This document shows positions 29,379 to 39,992 of a stretch of DNA of 64,000 bases, one piece after another. Under the pieces are notes generated by a model. The model was not told where the DNA came from. It saw only the letters and a list, made by a program, of their open reading frames with translations, and searched no databases. The stretch covers positions 710,905 to 774,904 of the forward strand of contig CAVQVW010000004.1 in NCBI GenBank assembly GCA_963717285.1, read 5' to 3'. This DNA comes from an uncultured Thermoleophilia bacterium (GTDB lineage Bacteria; Actinomycetota; Thermoleophilia; UBA2241). The translations under genes and the position numbers were made by a program. How positions within the stretch are numbered: the first letter of the stretch is position 1; each line of letters opens with the position of its first letter.

Positions 29379-29678
29379 CTAGTCCCCGGCTCCCGGCCCG
29401 GATCCTTTCATGCGCCGTATCTCGGCCTGCACCTCGGCCTCCGTCGTCTCCTGCTCGCTGAAAGCGCTCCAGGCGTGGAAAGCCAAAGCGACCCCCCAGA
29501 AGATCAGCACCCACATCGGCCAGAACGAGACGCGTGGTCCCAGCGCCCAGATGAAGACCAGGAGCGCGTTGACGACGACGTAGGTGACGAGGTGCCAGTA
29601 GAAGTCGCGGCGCTTCTTGATACGTCTGAGCGCCACCGGGCGTAGCTGCTCGTCGCTTGCAGTCGGTTCAGCCATCAT
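29379..29678 (-). CDS. 2TM-domain protein
   Basis: KKRRDFYWHLVTYVVVNALLVFIW...WPMWVLIFWGVAL motif. Confidence 0.55.
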   Translation of the reverse strand: MMAEPTASDEQLRPVALRRIKKRRDFYWHLVTYVVVNALLVFIWALGPRVSFWPMWVLIFWGVALAFHAWSAFSEQETTEAEVQAEIRRMKGSGPGAGD

Positions 29679-29754
29679 TCTCCTCCCGTGTCGGGCGCAC
29701 CATCGGCGGTTCAGGGATTGCGACGTCCGCGATGACCGATGGCAGTGGGTCAGG

Positions 29755-30483
29755 TCACGTCTTGACGGACACCGCCGCGGACGGGGATGTGAGTGCAGCC
29801 GGATCGAACCCTTTGACGATCAGCCAGACTGCGAGGACCATCTCCTGCACTCCCATGGGCGCGTACAGGGCGGTCGAGAAGGTCGAGTTGGAATCTCCGG
29901 TGACCACGAGTGAGAGGCTCGCCACGAGCATCAGTGGGGCGGCGATGAACCCCCAGGCCGACAACCAGCGGGGCACGAGCTTCGACCGGAACAGCAGGTA
30001 GTAGAGCATCAGAGCACCGATGCAGAAGACGGACTGCCCAAGCGCGAAGGCGTAGTCGGCCGTCGCCAGCCACACGGCGCCTCCGGTCTGGAAGTAGGAG
30101 ACATCCGGAGCTCCTGCCGCTGCGAACTCCTGGCTCAGTGAGTAGAGCGACAGCGTGGCCAGCACGGCCACCACGAAGGTCGCTCCTTCAGTGATCCTGG
30201 TGCCGACGTACCAGAGGGCCAGGCCCTCCCTGACGGGTGTGTCTGCCGTCCGTCTGAGGACCGGATAGACCATGAAGGCGACACCGGCGACCGTCACAGC
30301 CATGGTCAGTTCAAGGAGCACCAACATGATCACTTGGCCCTCCATGGCGGCGGCGTTGGCGAGGATGCCCGGACCCTCCTTCAAGGACCCCAGAGGAACG
30401 AAGGTCAGTACGCCTGCAACCGACGCGACGACGTATAGCACTCCCACCCAGATCGCGGACTTCCTGTCCGGACTCGTCTCCAT
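29755..30483 (-). CDS. DUF4386-like membrane protein
   Basis: 242 aa with six TM helices. Confidence 0.45.
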   Translation of the reverse strand: METSPDRKSAIWVGVLYVVASVAGVLTFVPLGSLKEGPGILANAAAMEGQVIMLVLLELTMAVTVAGVAFMVYPVLRRTADTPVREGLALWYVGTRITEGATFVVAVLATLSLYSLSQEFAAAGAPDVSYFQTGGAVWLATADYAFALGQSVFCIGALMLYYLLFRSKLVPRWLSAWGFIAAPLMLVASLSLVVTGDSNSTFSTALYAPMGVQEMVLAVWLIVKGFDPAALTSPSAAVSVKT

Positions 30484-31555
30484 TACCCTCTCATCTCCAA
30501 TCCTTCAGTCAGGCTGTGCTTCCGTCACCCGGCGCGACAACGCGTCCGCGTCGCCGTGATCGTTCGCATTCTCCTTGCTCCTCGCTAGCCGCCTTCTGCA
30601 GTTGTGACGATATGGCCGAAGCGCACCGAATGCGCCCTCCGAACGGGGAGACTACGAGCTGGCGACGGGACCAGTCATCCCCCTGGCCTACTGGCCAGCC
30701 GAGGAGGCACGTCTCGACTTGTGCTGTGTTCCACTGTGCCTCCTCCCGTATTCCAGTACTGTCGGTCCAGCCGCGATCGACGGCCAGGTCGCTTGGACTT
30801 CTCTCTTCGTTGTCAAGGTTCACGTGCCCGTGGGCACCGTGGTCGCCCCGGCCGCAACGCCGTACTTGGGAACCGTACGGAGCGGTCGGCGAGCGTAGAG
30901 GGCAACGAGAGTGGCGACGGAGCCGAGCAGGAACACGACCCAGAGAGCTGGGGCAATGATGAGAGCATCTGCCCTCGCCTACGACGACTCGAGCCAAGCA
31001 TCGTGATCGTTGGGGGCGGCTTGTAGTCGTATGCGCGCATCCTCGCCGCCTCGTCCTCAACCCACGCATGGAACTTGGCAGCTGCCCACGCCCTCTGCCC
31101 GACGATGGCGAACAGCAACGCACCGGAAGAGGCGAGCAAGAAGGCCTTCGATCCGACGAGACGCCTCAAGGCTTGCACAGTGCCTTCGCCCCCCGCTCCG
31201 TCGACCACCACGAATCGCGCGACCCGACCACACTCGTCAGTCCACGACCGGACCCCGTTCGTCGGTCCACTTCCCATGCTGGTCCCAGAGCCACCTCCCG
31301 CGTGAGCTGAGGAGGTCCGTAGTCGGCAAGCGAGAAGCCCGGCCAGACGGTCGCCTCAAGCTCCGTTCGGGCGTCGGCTCAGCGTGTCGTGCGGACGCGC
31401 TCCCCAGTGCCGCCCACTACCAGCGATCCCCGCCCAGCGCCATTGCGTGACGCTGGGTTCGGTTGCAGGAGGGCTGCAGGGGAATCGCGGACTTGCGCGG
31501 GCGCACACGAAGCCCGTCCCCCTCGTCGAGCGCACGTGATAGGTTCAGCTGAGTA

Positions 31556-32344
31556 ATGCAGACATGGGATCCCCCCGACTACGAGCGCCATTCCGCCGTC
31601 CAAGAGAGCTGGGCCCGCGACTGCATCGCACGCCTCCGCCTGTGCGGGGCTGAGCGCATCCTCGACATCGGCTGCGGCGACGGACGAGTGAGCGCCGAGC
31701 TCGCAGCTCGAGTGCCGACGGGCTCGGTCTTCGCCGTCGATGCCTCTGCGGAGATGGTTGCCCACGCCCGCGAGAAGCACCTGGATAGGGCGAGCGGGAA
31801 CTTGGTCTTCGCGGCCGTCGATGCGACGCGCCTCACCTGCGAGCATATGTTCGACCTCGTCGTCAGCTTCAGTTGCCTGCACTGGGTCCAGGATCAGGCC
31901 GCCGTGCTCCGCGGCATCGCCCGCGCCTTGGCGGACGGTGGACGCATGTTCCTGCACTTCGGCGGCCGCGGCAACGTTGCCGGCTTTCTGTCCATAGTCA
32001 ACGAGGTGACGACTCGCGACATCTGGCGAGCGGCCTTCGTCGACTTCGGTACTCCCTGGTGCTTCCCTGAGGCTGCCGCGTTTCGTGGCCTCGTGGAGGA
32101 TGCGGGCCTCCACCCCGACCGTGTCGAGCTGCTCAGCAGGCAGATGCCCTACGAAGACGCCGCGGCACTGGCCGGCTATGTGCGAACTGTCTGGTTCCCC
32201 TATCTCGACCGTCTGCCGGACCAGCTTCGGGGGCCGTTCGTCGATGAAGTCGTGGCGGCCTACCTCGGGGCACATCCCTCTGATCGGCACGGTCGCATCT
32301 GGGTCGACGCTGTACGTATCGAGGCTGAGGGCCATCTGGTCTAG
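31556..32344 (+). CDS. class I SAM-dependent methyltransferase, trans-aconitate 2-methyltransferase (Tam)-like
   Basis: ILDIGCGDG motif I and an overall Tam-like layout. Confidence 0.65.
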   Translation: MQTWDPPDYERHSAVQESWARDCIARLRLCGAERILDIGCGDGRVSAELAARVPTGSVFAVDASAEMVAHAREKHLDRASGNLVFAAVDATRLTCEHMFDLVVSFSCLHWVQDQAAVLRGIARALADGGRMFLHFGGRGNVAGFLSIVNEVTTRDIWRAAFVDFGTPWCFPEAAAFRGLVEDAGLHPDRVELLSRQMPYEDAAALAGYVRTVWFPYLDRLPDQLRGPFVDEVVAAYLGAHPSDRHGRIWVDAVRIEAEGHLV

Positions 32345-32351
32345 GCTCAGC

Positions 32352-33830
32352 ATGGGGGAGGTCCGCTGGCGACCCCGCCGTCACCTGGCCGAGCCCCCTC
32401 TTGCGGCCTGCGACGACAAGTCGGATTCGCCGGGGACTGATCCGACGCCGACAGGCCAGGCTCAGGAGGCGGACCAGGAGTACGACCTGGATGGGACCGG
32501 CGAAGCGGCGGCGGAGCTCCTGGGCGGAGACGGCACTGCTGCCTACGCGGTCCTCAAGGCCTTCGACAGCGGCTACTCGCCCTACCAGATCGCCTACGCC
32601 ATCGACGCCGGGCTCATTGACGGGTCGGGGGCTATCGAGAGCGTGACCCCGGCGTGGCCCAGCGGCAACACCCTCTCCGGCGACGGCACGCGCTTCATCC
32701 TCGCCTCAATCGCGCTCGGCGTCTCCCCTCCGGCCGTCTTCGCCGACACGGGAGACGGCCGCGCCAGCCGCAGCGATTTCGAGCAGATGTTCGACGAGAT
32801 CAGGGATGAAGGAGAGTCTGGGCGCTGGCTGGTCTGGCTGCTCGGTGCGACCGGTGCCGGCTACAGCGCCGCGCAGATCACGCAGTACCTCGATGAGAAC
32901 CAGCCGCCTGCGGACCGCTCGCCACCCTCTATGTTCGGCATACCGATCATCAGGGACGGCGAGGGCAACATGGTCGAGCCCGAGTTGCCGTCCGACTGGC
33001 CCTACGAGGGCAGGAACACCCTCCTCGGCCTGCAGGAGGACGAGGAGCTCGGCCTCGAGGACAACTGGGCGGTGCTCGTCATCGGCATGGTGAACGCCGG
33101 CTACTCGGAAGAGCAGATCACCGACGCCGTGCGCTGGAACGGCATCGGGCTGTGCACGACCCAGGGCGGTTCGTCCGATGGCGAGGCAGCGTTCACGCCC
33201 TGCTACGTGGACAAGCGGAAAGAGGGAGACCAGGTCGTCGCAGAGCTCGTGCCTCCAGCCGAGACGACCCCCTTCAGCCCGGCAGAGATCGTGATCGACG
33301 ACGTGATTCCCAACTGGCCGCTCACGAAGGCGGCCACGCAAGGCAGCCCGAACGAGAGCAGCCAGCTGCAGAGCGGCGAGAAGGTCAGCCTCAAACTGAC
33401 CCCGTTCCTTTCAGACCAGAGTGCTGAGACCCTCGACATCACGTCAAGCACGGTCGTCATGGAGATAGAGCCTGCCACGGCGACCACCGCCTCCCTCTAC
33501 AGCATCACCGGCTCGTGGAAGATGGAGCTCCTCCGGACGGAGACCGACGAGACCGTGAACAGAAGCTACTACAAGGGAGATAGGCACGTCCTCGAGGGGG
33601 AGTTCTTCACCGATGAGGACCCGACTTCGCTCGACAGACTCAAGTTGGCCACCACCTACACCTGGACCTTCAAACCCGCTGACGAGAACTTCCGGAAAGG
33701 ATTCGTCGACACTCGCAACGTCGAAAACGGCTTCATAGGCTCCTTCGACGAGGACCTGGAGGGCGATGGCTCCTTCGCGTCAGGCCCTGCCACCGTGTAC
33801 TGGTACACCGCTCTGGGAGTCGAAGACTGA
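32352..33830 (+). CDS. hypothetical lipoprotein with three xGYSxxQI repeats and a C-terminal beta-rich domain
   Basis: LAAC lipobox near the N-terminus. Repeats are FDSGYSPYQIAYAI, GAGYSAAQITQYL and NAGYSEEQITDAV. The start is an ATG 8 nt after the Tam stop. Confidence 0.5.
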   Translation: MGEVRWRPRRHLAEPPLAACDDKSDSPGTDPTPTGQAQEADQEYDLDGTGEAAAELLGGDGTAAYAVLKAFDSGYSPYQIAYAIDAGLIDGSGAIESVTPAWPSGNTLSGDGTRFILASIALGVSPPAVFADTGDGRASRSDFEQMFDEIRDEGESGRWLVWLLGATGAGYSAAQITQYLDENQPPADRSPPSMFGIPIIRDGEGNMVEPELPSDWPYEGRNTLLGLQEDEELGLEDNWAVLVIGMVNAGYSEEQITDAVRWNGIGLCTTQGGSSDGEAAFTPCYVDKRKEGDQVVAELVPPAETTPFSPAEIVIDDVIPNWPLTKAATQGSPNESSQLQSGEKVSLKLTPFLSDQSAETLDITSSTVVMEIEPATATTASLYSITGSWKMELLRTETDETVNRSYYKGDRHVLEGEFFTDEDPTSLDRLKLATTYTWTFKPADENFRKGFVDTRNVENGFIGSFDEDLEGDGSFASGPATVYWYTALGVED

Positions 33831-33929
33831 AGCCTGCCCCGATGGGCGGCGGCTATGGGCGGCCAGTCGGTGGAGGCGTATCACACCATGACCTGACGGA
33901 AGGTCTCGTCCCCAAGCACGGGGGTATCT

Positions 33930-34165
33930 CCCTTGCCCTCAGAGATCCCCGGGGCTATGTCGACCTTCAGACAGGCCGGCGGCATGGAAGAGGTTCCCGT
34001 CACGTGACGTCGAGCGGTGTCCAGTCGGACGTCGTCCCTTGCGTCGCTTGGCGATGATCTCCTCGGGGCGGTAGGTCTTCCTGGACATGATCTGACTCCT
34101 TCATCGGTCGTGAAACCCGAGACTGCAGGTGGGCCGAGTTCAGGTATGTAGGTCACTACTACTGC
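33930..34165 (+). repeat. E-D repeat (about 235 bp; second copy at 45400-45640)
   Basis: Shared sequence ...GTCGTCCCTTGCGTCGCTTGGCGAT...CTCCTCGGGGCGGTAGGTCTT... ending in the D module. Confidence 0.55.
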
Positions 34166-34243
34166 TGATGGTTCGGCGCGTCGCCTGGACGGAACCCCCT
34201 CACCCGAGAGACAGTTGCGGCAACGGGCGAAGGGGAAGGCTCC

Positions 34244-35236
34244 ATGAGCTGGCTCACCAAGGTCATCGAGGCAGGCATCGCGCACCGCTACGAACTCAGC
34301 GAGGTGCGCGAGAAGCTCTTCGTGAGCGAGGGCGACACCGGGGCCAAGCTCTCGCAGTTCTGGCTGCTGATGGCGATCTCGAGCGTCGTCGCCGCGGGTG
34401 GGGTGATGGCCGACTCGACCCCGGCGGTGATCGGCGCCATGATCATCGCGCCGCTGGCGACGCCGATCTACGGCGCCGCCCTGGGGGCGAGCATCGGTGC
34501 GGTCAAGCCGACGCGCAACAGTCTCCTGCTGCTCGCCTCGGGCGTCGCCCTGAACATCCTCATCGGCGCCATCGTCGCGCTCCTCATCTTCGACCGCATG
34601 CCGATCGACGCCAACCCGCAGATCACGGGACGCACGGCGCCCACCATGCTCGATCTGGTGCTCGCCGTCGCCGTCGGCCTGGCCGGCTCCTTCGCCATGA
34701 TCCGGCGCGACGTCTCCAGCATCGTCGCCGGGGTGGCCATCGCCATCTCGCTGGTACCGGTGCTGGCGGTGGTCGGCATCACCCTCGGTGAAGGCCGCTT
34801 CGATCTGGCCATCGGGGCCTTCATCCTCTTCCTGACCAACATGGCCGCCATCCTCGTCGCCGGCACGGTCGTCTTCGGGGCGGCCGGCTACTACCGCGAG
34901 GCGGCCGACGCCTCGCCCGGCGCCGGACGCCGGGCTCGCAGGATCATCGCAGTCTTCGTCGTCGTGCTGCTCGTGCCGCTCGGGTACTCCACACTCCGCA
35001 CGCTCGAGTACCGCAACTGGCAGAAAGCAGCGAAGGCCGACGCCGAGACGTGGCTCGAGGGCACGGGCTGGCGGGTCCACTCGGCTCAACTCGCCCACCA
35101 GGACATCGTCATCACCGTGGTGGGCCCCGGCTCGCCGCCGCCGGAGGAGGAGCTCATCGCCGCGATGCGCCGCGAGGTGCCCGAGGACATCACGATACGC
35201 ATCGTGGAGGTGTCCGGGGAGACCAAGGAGTACTAG
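34244..35236 (+). CDS. DUF389-domain membrane protein
   Basis: AVIGAMIIAPLATPIYGAALG motif and multiple TM helices. Confidence 0.6.
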   Translation: MSWLTKVIEAGIAHRYELSEVREKLFVSEGDTGAKLSQFWLLMAISSVVAAGGVMADSTPAVIGAMIIAPLATPIYGAALGASIGAVKPTRNSLLLLASGVALNILIGAIVALLIFDRMPIDANPQITGRTAPTMLDLVLAVAVGLAGSFAMIRRDVSSIVAGVAIAISLVPVLAVVGITLGEGRFDLAIGAFILFLTNMAAILVAGTVVFGAAGYYREAADASPGAGRRARRIIAVFVVVLLVPLGYSTLRTLEYRNWQKAAKADAETWLEGTGWRVHSAQLAHQDIVITVVGPGSPPPEEELIAAMRREVPEDITIRIVEVSGETKEY

Positions 35237-35459
35237 AGGGTCAGTGGCGCTGACCGGACCCCATTCCTTGGTCCACTTCATATGTTAGTGCCAGAGCCAC
35301 TCCCCGAATAGGTGCCAGCGACCTCGTCGTGAAGCTCGCCGATGTGCCGCTCAGTGCCACCGACTACCGTCCATCACCATCCCGTGACGCTAGGTTCGGT
35401 TGCAGGAGGGTTGCAGACGGGATGCAGCGAGGCGAATCGAGGGGACTCGTCGGAGTCGG

Positions 35460-35921
35460 CTATCCTGGCAGTGAGGCAGCGGCGCTCGAGGGACTGGGAC
35501 TACTCTCGTCCCTGCCGATCCTCTCATACACCCTGATCTGCGCAGCGTACGGCCCTGCCTTCTCGATGATGATGTCCCAGTGGCCAGCTGGCAGCACGAA
35601 CCTGTGTCGTGACTGGCCCGTCTGCGGAAGGATCCAGACGGTCCCGAGAGGACTCCGGAGGGGGCGGTCGTGGGACGACGCGTTGAGGACGATCGACATC
35701 TGGCGCGCGCGGCCGCCGCCGGGACCGCCTTCGGCGACGACTACGGCGACCATCTCGCCACCCCGCGACTCCACGTCCTCGATGACGCCGCCTGGAGCAA
35801 TCGAGTCGAGAGTGACCTCCCCGACCAGCCGCCACTCGCTCTGCCTGAGCGAGCCGCTCGCATCGGAGTCGTCGCCGGCGCAGCCGGAGGCCAGGGCCAC
35901 GACGGCGAGCAGCAGGCCCAT
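35460..35921 (-). CDS. hypothetical lipoprotein
   Basis: MGLLLAVVALASGCAG signal and lipobox. The start codon is uncertain. Confidence 0.4.
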   Translation of the reverse strand: MGLLLAVVALASGCAGDDSDASGSLRQSEWRLVGEVTLDSIAPGGVIEDVESRGGEMVAVVVAEGGPGGGRARQMSIVLNASSHDRPLRSPLGTVWILPQTGQSRHRFVLPAGHWDIIIEKAGPYAAQIRVYERIGRDESSPSPSSAAASLPG

Positions 35922-36191
35922 ACAGACCAAGGACGCGAGCCGTCGCGTCCTGATGCGGCTTCTGAGATCGAGAGGCTCAGGTGAGACAGTCGTCAGATCA
36001 TCCCTTCTCGCGCCTGAAGAGCGGTGAGCAGCCCACAGAACACATCGGCACCGACTGCCCATTTCTGCAGGCCGGACACGCACGGTGGGCCGAAGCCGGC
36101 ACCCGAGACGCAATTGCCAGTAGCGACAGATCGGGGATCGAGGCGCCCCCGGTGCCGCGGCGAGTCAGGCCGATCCGCCGCCACGTGTCTC

Positions 36192-36480
36192 TCACTGCGC
36201 GCTGGGTCCATTGGTGGACGGACCGATGCTGCGCTGCATGAACCAGGTGCCGGGCGAGGACGAGTCGCCGGGTGGCCGCTTCACCCGGTCGAAACCGAGA
36301 TTGGAGTAGAGGGTCGTCGCCGCGGCGTTGTCGCCGCAGACATTCAGGGTGGCGAGAGAGAGGCTGGCCTCCCCGGCCCGGGAGAGCAGCGTTTCGACGA
36401 GCGCCCTGCCCACGCCGCGCCCGCGCGCGTCGGGACGGACGATCACGCGTGCCAGGTGGGCGCGCCCGGGGGATTTGAGA
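36192..36480 (-). pseudogene. GNAT acetyltransferase C-terminal fragment
   Basis: VRPDARGRGVGRALVETLL...LYSNLGF matches GNAT motif A/B. The N-terminus is missing. Confidence 0.45.
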
Positions 36481-36869
36481 CGAGGAGCCCCGTTGACGCG
36501 GTCAGACCACCGCGGGGGTGCGGCAACTTCTCAGACCGGGCTCGCGCTGGTCGATCCGGGCCTAGAGCAGTGTTGCAGCGTGCGCCACTCCAGGGCTTGC
36601 GATGCTGCAGCACTCTCGTGGGCCTACTCGTTGGCACTGGGGGGTCGCGGGCAGGCGGCGCGCGCGCCCTCTGACGGCGGAGCGGCAGCAGTCAGCGAGG
36701 ACAGCCCAGGTGTCAGCTCGCTGATTCATGTTCCAGGAGATCGGCTTCATAGTGCTCCTAGAACCCGGACAACACGATGCGACCGGCCGCCCAACGTTCG
36801 TGGGATGAACTGCAACCGCGCAGCGGTTCTCTGCTCGATCCCGTTGTTCGATGGGAACCCCGAGGGGCG

Positions 36870-37814
36870 CTACGCCACGGTAACGACTACGTGCCCTTTC
36901 TTGTGCCCCCTCTCGACGTACGTGTGGGCCTCGACGATCTCCTCCAGCGGATAGCGCCTGTCGATGACCGTCCGGACCTTCCCGGTCTCGACGAGTTCCT
37001 TGAGGAAGACGAGGTCCTCGGGACTCCCGCCTCCAGAACCTGAGTCCTTGTTGACGTTTAGGTAGACGCCCGCCTTCCTCAAGGGCCTTTTGGCCCGTGA
37101 GGGCGAGAGCTTGTCTACGGCATCGAAGACAACGTCATAGGTCTCGTCACCCTCGGTGAAGTCCTGCTGTGTGTAGTCGATTGCCCTGTCGGCCCCGAGA
37201 GATCTCACCAGATCCAGATTGGCGGCACTACAGACCCCCGTGACGTCCGCCCCAGATGACTTGGCGAGTTGCACCGCGTAGGTGCCTACGCTTCCAGAGG
37301 CACCGTAGATCAGGACCTTCGTCCCGCTTTCGATGTTCGCCTTTCTGAGGATACACAATGCCGTGACTCCTCCGGTGGCAGCGCCGGCGGCAGCTTCCTC
37401 AAAGGTCATGCTGGCCGGCTTCGTCGCCAGCATCCCGTCCTTCGTGACTGACCTTCTCGGCTTCTCCGGCAAGCAGACGTACTCGGCATAGGCACCGAGG
37501 CCCCAACCGGTGAACCCGAAGACCTCGTCGCCCGGCTTGAAGAGGGCCACGTCCTTGCCGACCGACTCGACCACCCCGGCCAGCTCCATCCCGAGAATCG
37601 GGTTCTTCGGGCGAGTGAAGCCAAGGACCAGTCGCGCCATGAACCGTTGGCCCCGAGGAACATCGAAGCTTCGGATCCTCACGTCCCCTCGGTGCGCCGT
37701 CGTCGCATGCACCTTGATCAGTACCTCGTGGTCCTTTGGAACAGGTTTCTCTACCTGTCGGAGTTCCAGAACATCGGGAGGACCGTATCCCGTGCACACG
37801 ACTGCCCGCATCAC
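36870..37814 (-). CDS. zinc-binding MDR-family alcohol dehydrogenase / quinone oxidoreductase
   Basis: MRAVVCTGYGPPDVLELRQVEKP...GASGSVGTYAVQLAK. Full-length at 314 aa. Confidence 0.75.
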   Translation of the reverse strand: MMRAVVCTGYGPPDVLELRQVEKPVPKDHEVLIKVHATTAHRGDVRIRSFDVPRGQRFMARLVLGFTRPKNPILGMELAGVVESVGKDVALFKPGDEVFGFTGWGLGAYAEYVCLPEKPRRSVTKDGMLATKPASMTFEEAAAGAATGGVTALCILRKANIESGTKVLIYGASGSVGTYAVQLAKSSGADVTGVCSAANLDLVRSLGADRAIDYTQQDFTEGDETYDVVFDAVDKLSPSRAKRPLRKAGVYLNVNKDSGSGGGSPEDLVFLKELVETGKVRTVIDRRYPLEEIVEAHTYVERGHKKGHVVVTVA

Positions 37815-38331
37815 TGGATCCCTTCAACCTGAGGATCTGCCTGCCCGTTCTCCATCGAACAAGGACTAGACAGTCCGTGTAGGTGCCAAACGCAGACGCC
37901 CCCTTCTGCATATGACGCTACCACGAGCCTGACACTGCGTCATTGGCAGATCGCGCAAGACCGCAAAGCCGTGCCCCAGTGCGGGCAGGGTGACATGACC
38001 GGACCCCATTCGTCGGTCCACTTCCTATGTTAGTCCCAAGGCCGCCTCGCGCATAGATGCCGCCGGGGCGAAGTCAGAGAGCGAGAAGCCCGGCCAGACG
38101 ATCGTCTCGGGTGCCGGCGGCCGTTGTCGCAGCAAGCTGTGCGGACGCAGGCCGTGTGCCGCCCAGTCCCAGCGCGTACCGTCCAGCACCATCGCGTGAC
38201 GCTGGGTTCGGTTGCAGGAGGGTTGCAGACGGGTTGCAGGAGAGGGTCGCCGGAATCCGTCGGAGCACGCAAAACCCCTGCATTTACCCCTGAAAGGGGG
38301 TGGTAGCGCATACGGAATTTGAACCCGTGTT

Positions 38332-39738
38332 GGCCACGTCCGTCAAGGTGGTGTACGAGGGTCTCCGCTCCATCCGCTTTCCTGATGCTCAGCTCGCCAT
38401 GAGCTGAGGCGTCACCTCCTCGCGCTCCTCGAGCTCGACGAGAGTCGTCGGTGTGAGCTTGGCCAGCGAGCCGGCGCTCATGTAGCGGCGCGCGACCGCC
38501 CACTCGTCGTGCTGTTCGGCGAGCACCATGCCCACGAGCCGCACGACGGCCTCGCGGTTCGGGAAGATGCCGACCACGTCGCTGCGCCGGCGGATCTCGC
38601 GGTTGAGCCGCTCCTGCGGGTTGTTGGACCAGGTCTGCCGCCAGTGCTCCGTGGGGAAGGCGGCGAAGGCGGTCACGTCGGGCGCCGCGTCCTCGAGCAT
38701 CTCGGCGACCTGCGGGAAGCGGCCCCGCAGCTGTTCGAGGACGCGGGCGAGCTGCGCGGCGACCTCCTCGGCCGAGGGCTGCGCGAAGACGGTGCGCACC
38801 AGGGTGGCCACGAAGGGCTGGGCGCTCCTGGGCACGCGCGTCAACAGGTTGCGCATGAAGTGGGTCCTGCAGCGTTGCCAGCCCGCCCCCGGCAGGAGTG
38901 CGTCGATCGCCTTCGTGAGGCCGCGGTGGTCGTCGCTGACGACCAGTTGCACGTCGCCAAGGCCGCGCTCTGTGAGGCCCGAGAGGAAGACCCGCCAGGC
39001 AGCCTCATCCTCGCTCGTGAAGGTGTCGAGCCCGAGGACCTCGCGGAAGCCGTCTGCGTTCACAGCCGTGGCCACGACGCAGGCGGTTCGCACGATGCGC
39101 CCCTGCTCGCGTACCTTGATCGCCAGTGCGTCGAGCCACAGGTAGGGGTAGGGGCCCGCGTCCAGAGGGCGGGCGCGGAAGGCCGCCACCTCCTCGTCGA
39201 GGCTCTTGGCCATCTCGGAGACCTGGCTCTTCGAGAGGTGCTCGATGCCGAGCGTCTTCACGAGGCCGTCGACGCGGCGCGTGGACACGCCCCTCACGTA
39301 GCACTCGGCGACCACCGCGACCAGGGCGCGTTCGGCGCGCCTGCGGCGCTCGAGCAGCCAGTCGGGGAAGTAGCTGCCGCTCCTCAGCTTGGGCACCCCG
39401 AGGGCGATCGTGCCGGCGCGCGTATCGAAGGGCCGCTCCCGATAACCGTTGCGGCGGTTCACGCGCTCGCCTGAGCGCTCACGGAAGGCGGCGCCGCAGA
39501 GCGCGTCAGCCTCGGCGCCCATCAGGCTCTCAGCGACCGTGCGCACCATCTCACGCAGCAGATCGGGCTCGGCTTCGGCCAGCTGCTTGCGCAGCCAACC
39601 GAGAAGGTCCATGTTGTCCTTGGCCACTGTCTCCTCCTCGTCCTGGGCTTCGTCACCCTCGAGGATGGAGCAGTGGTCACCTCTTCATCAAGGCGACCAC
39701 TCTGGATCTGTTCGTACACCACGTCCTGGGACACCAAC
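38332..39738 (-). mobile_element. IS256-family insertion sequence (1407 bp) with 8-bp target-site duplication CCCGTGTT, inserted into the tRNA-like core of an A-C-A repeat
   Basis: CCCGTGTT at 38324-38331 and 39739-39746. Imperfect terminal inverted repeats ...GTGGTGTACGA. Confidence 0.8.
38389..39627 (-). CDS. IS256-family (Mutator-like) transposase, intact
   Basis: 412 aa with ...RNGYRERPFDTRAGTI...YPYLWLDA...VVSDDHRGL... motifs. Confidence 0.85.
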   Translation of the reverse strand: MAKDNMDLLGWLRKQLAEAEPDLLREMVRTVAESLMGAEADALCGAAFRERSGERVNRRNGYRERPFDTRAGTIALGVPKLRSGSYFPDWLLERRRRAERALVAVVAECYVRGVSTRRVDGLVKTLGIEHLSKSQVSEMAKSLDEEVAAFRARPLDAGPYPYLWLDALAIKVREQGRIVRTACVVATAVNADGFREVLGLDTFTSEDEAAWRVFLSGLTERGLGDVQLVVSDDHRGLTKAIDALLPGAGWQRCRTHFMRNLLTRVPRSAQPFVATLVRTVFAQPSAEEVAAQLARVLEQLRGRFPQVAEMLEDAAPDVTAFAAFPTEHWRQTWSNNPQERLNREIRRRSDVVGIFPNREAVVRLVGMVLAEQHDEWAVARRYMSAGSLAKLTPTTLVELEEREEVTPQLMAS

Positions 39739-39992
39739 CCCGTGTTACCGCCGTGAGAGGGCTGTGACGTTGTGTCAGGTAGTGCCGCTGAGTGCCACGG
39801 AGTGCCGCCCTACGCGTAGAGAATCGAGTCGATCTGCCACTGAGTGACAGTGAGTGCCACCCAGTGACGCTAGGTGCGGTTGCAGGAGGGCTGCAAACGG
39901 GGGCAGATCGGGGGTCTGCCTCCTTCATCCGTGGAGGGACCCTGGGCCAGGACCTTCAAGCCCTCTCACAGTAGGAAACGTCCGGCCTTCGG

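Noticed and set aside
30500-31240. Several 100-200-aa ORFs on both strands
   Set aside because: All translations are low-complexity (R/G/P/S-rich) with no start-codon or ribosome-binding-site support. Only a start-less membrane-like stub (~30840-30990, minus strand) looks protein-like. Probably eroded DNA.
33990-34095. IS3-family OrfA start (MSRKTYRPEEIIAKRRKG...) on the minus strand of the E repeat, with a second copy at 45460-45560
   Set aside because: The reading frame degenerates immediately (no HTH) and hits a stop after about 50 codons. Both copies are the same roughly 235-bp repeat rather than a transposase gene.
33881-35281. 466-aa minus-strand ORF opposite the DUF389 gene
   Set aside because: Antisense artefact. 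The plus-strand product has clear TM-helix and DUF389 motifs.
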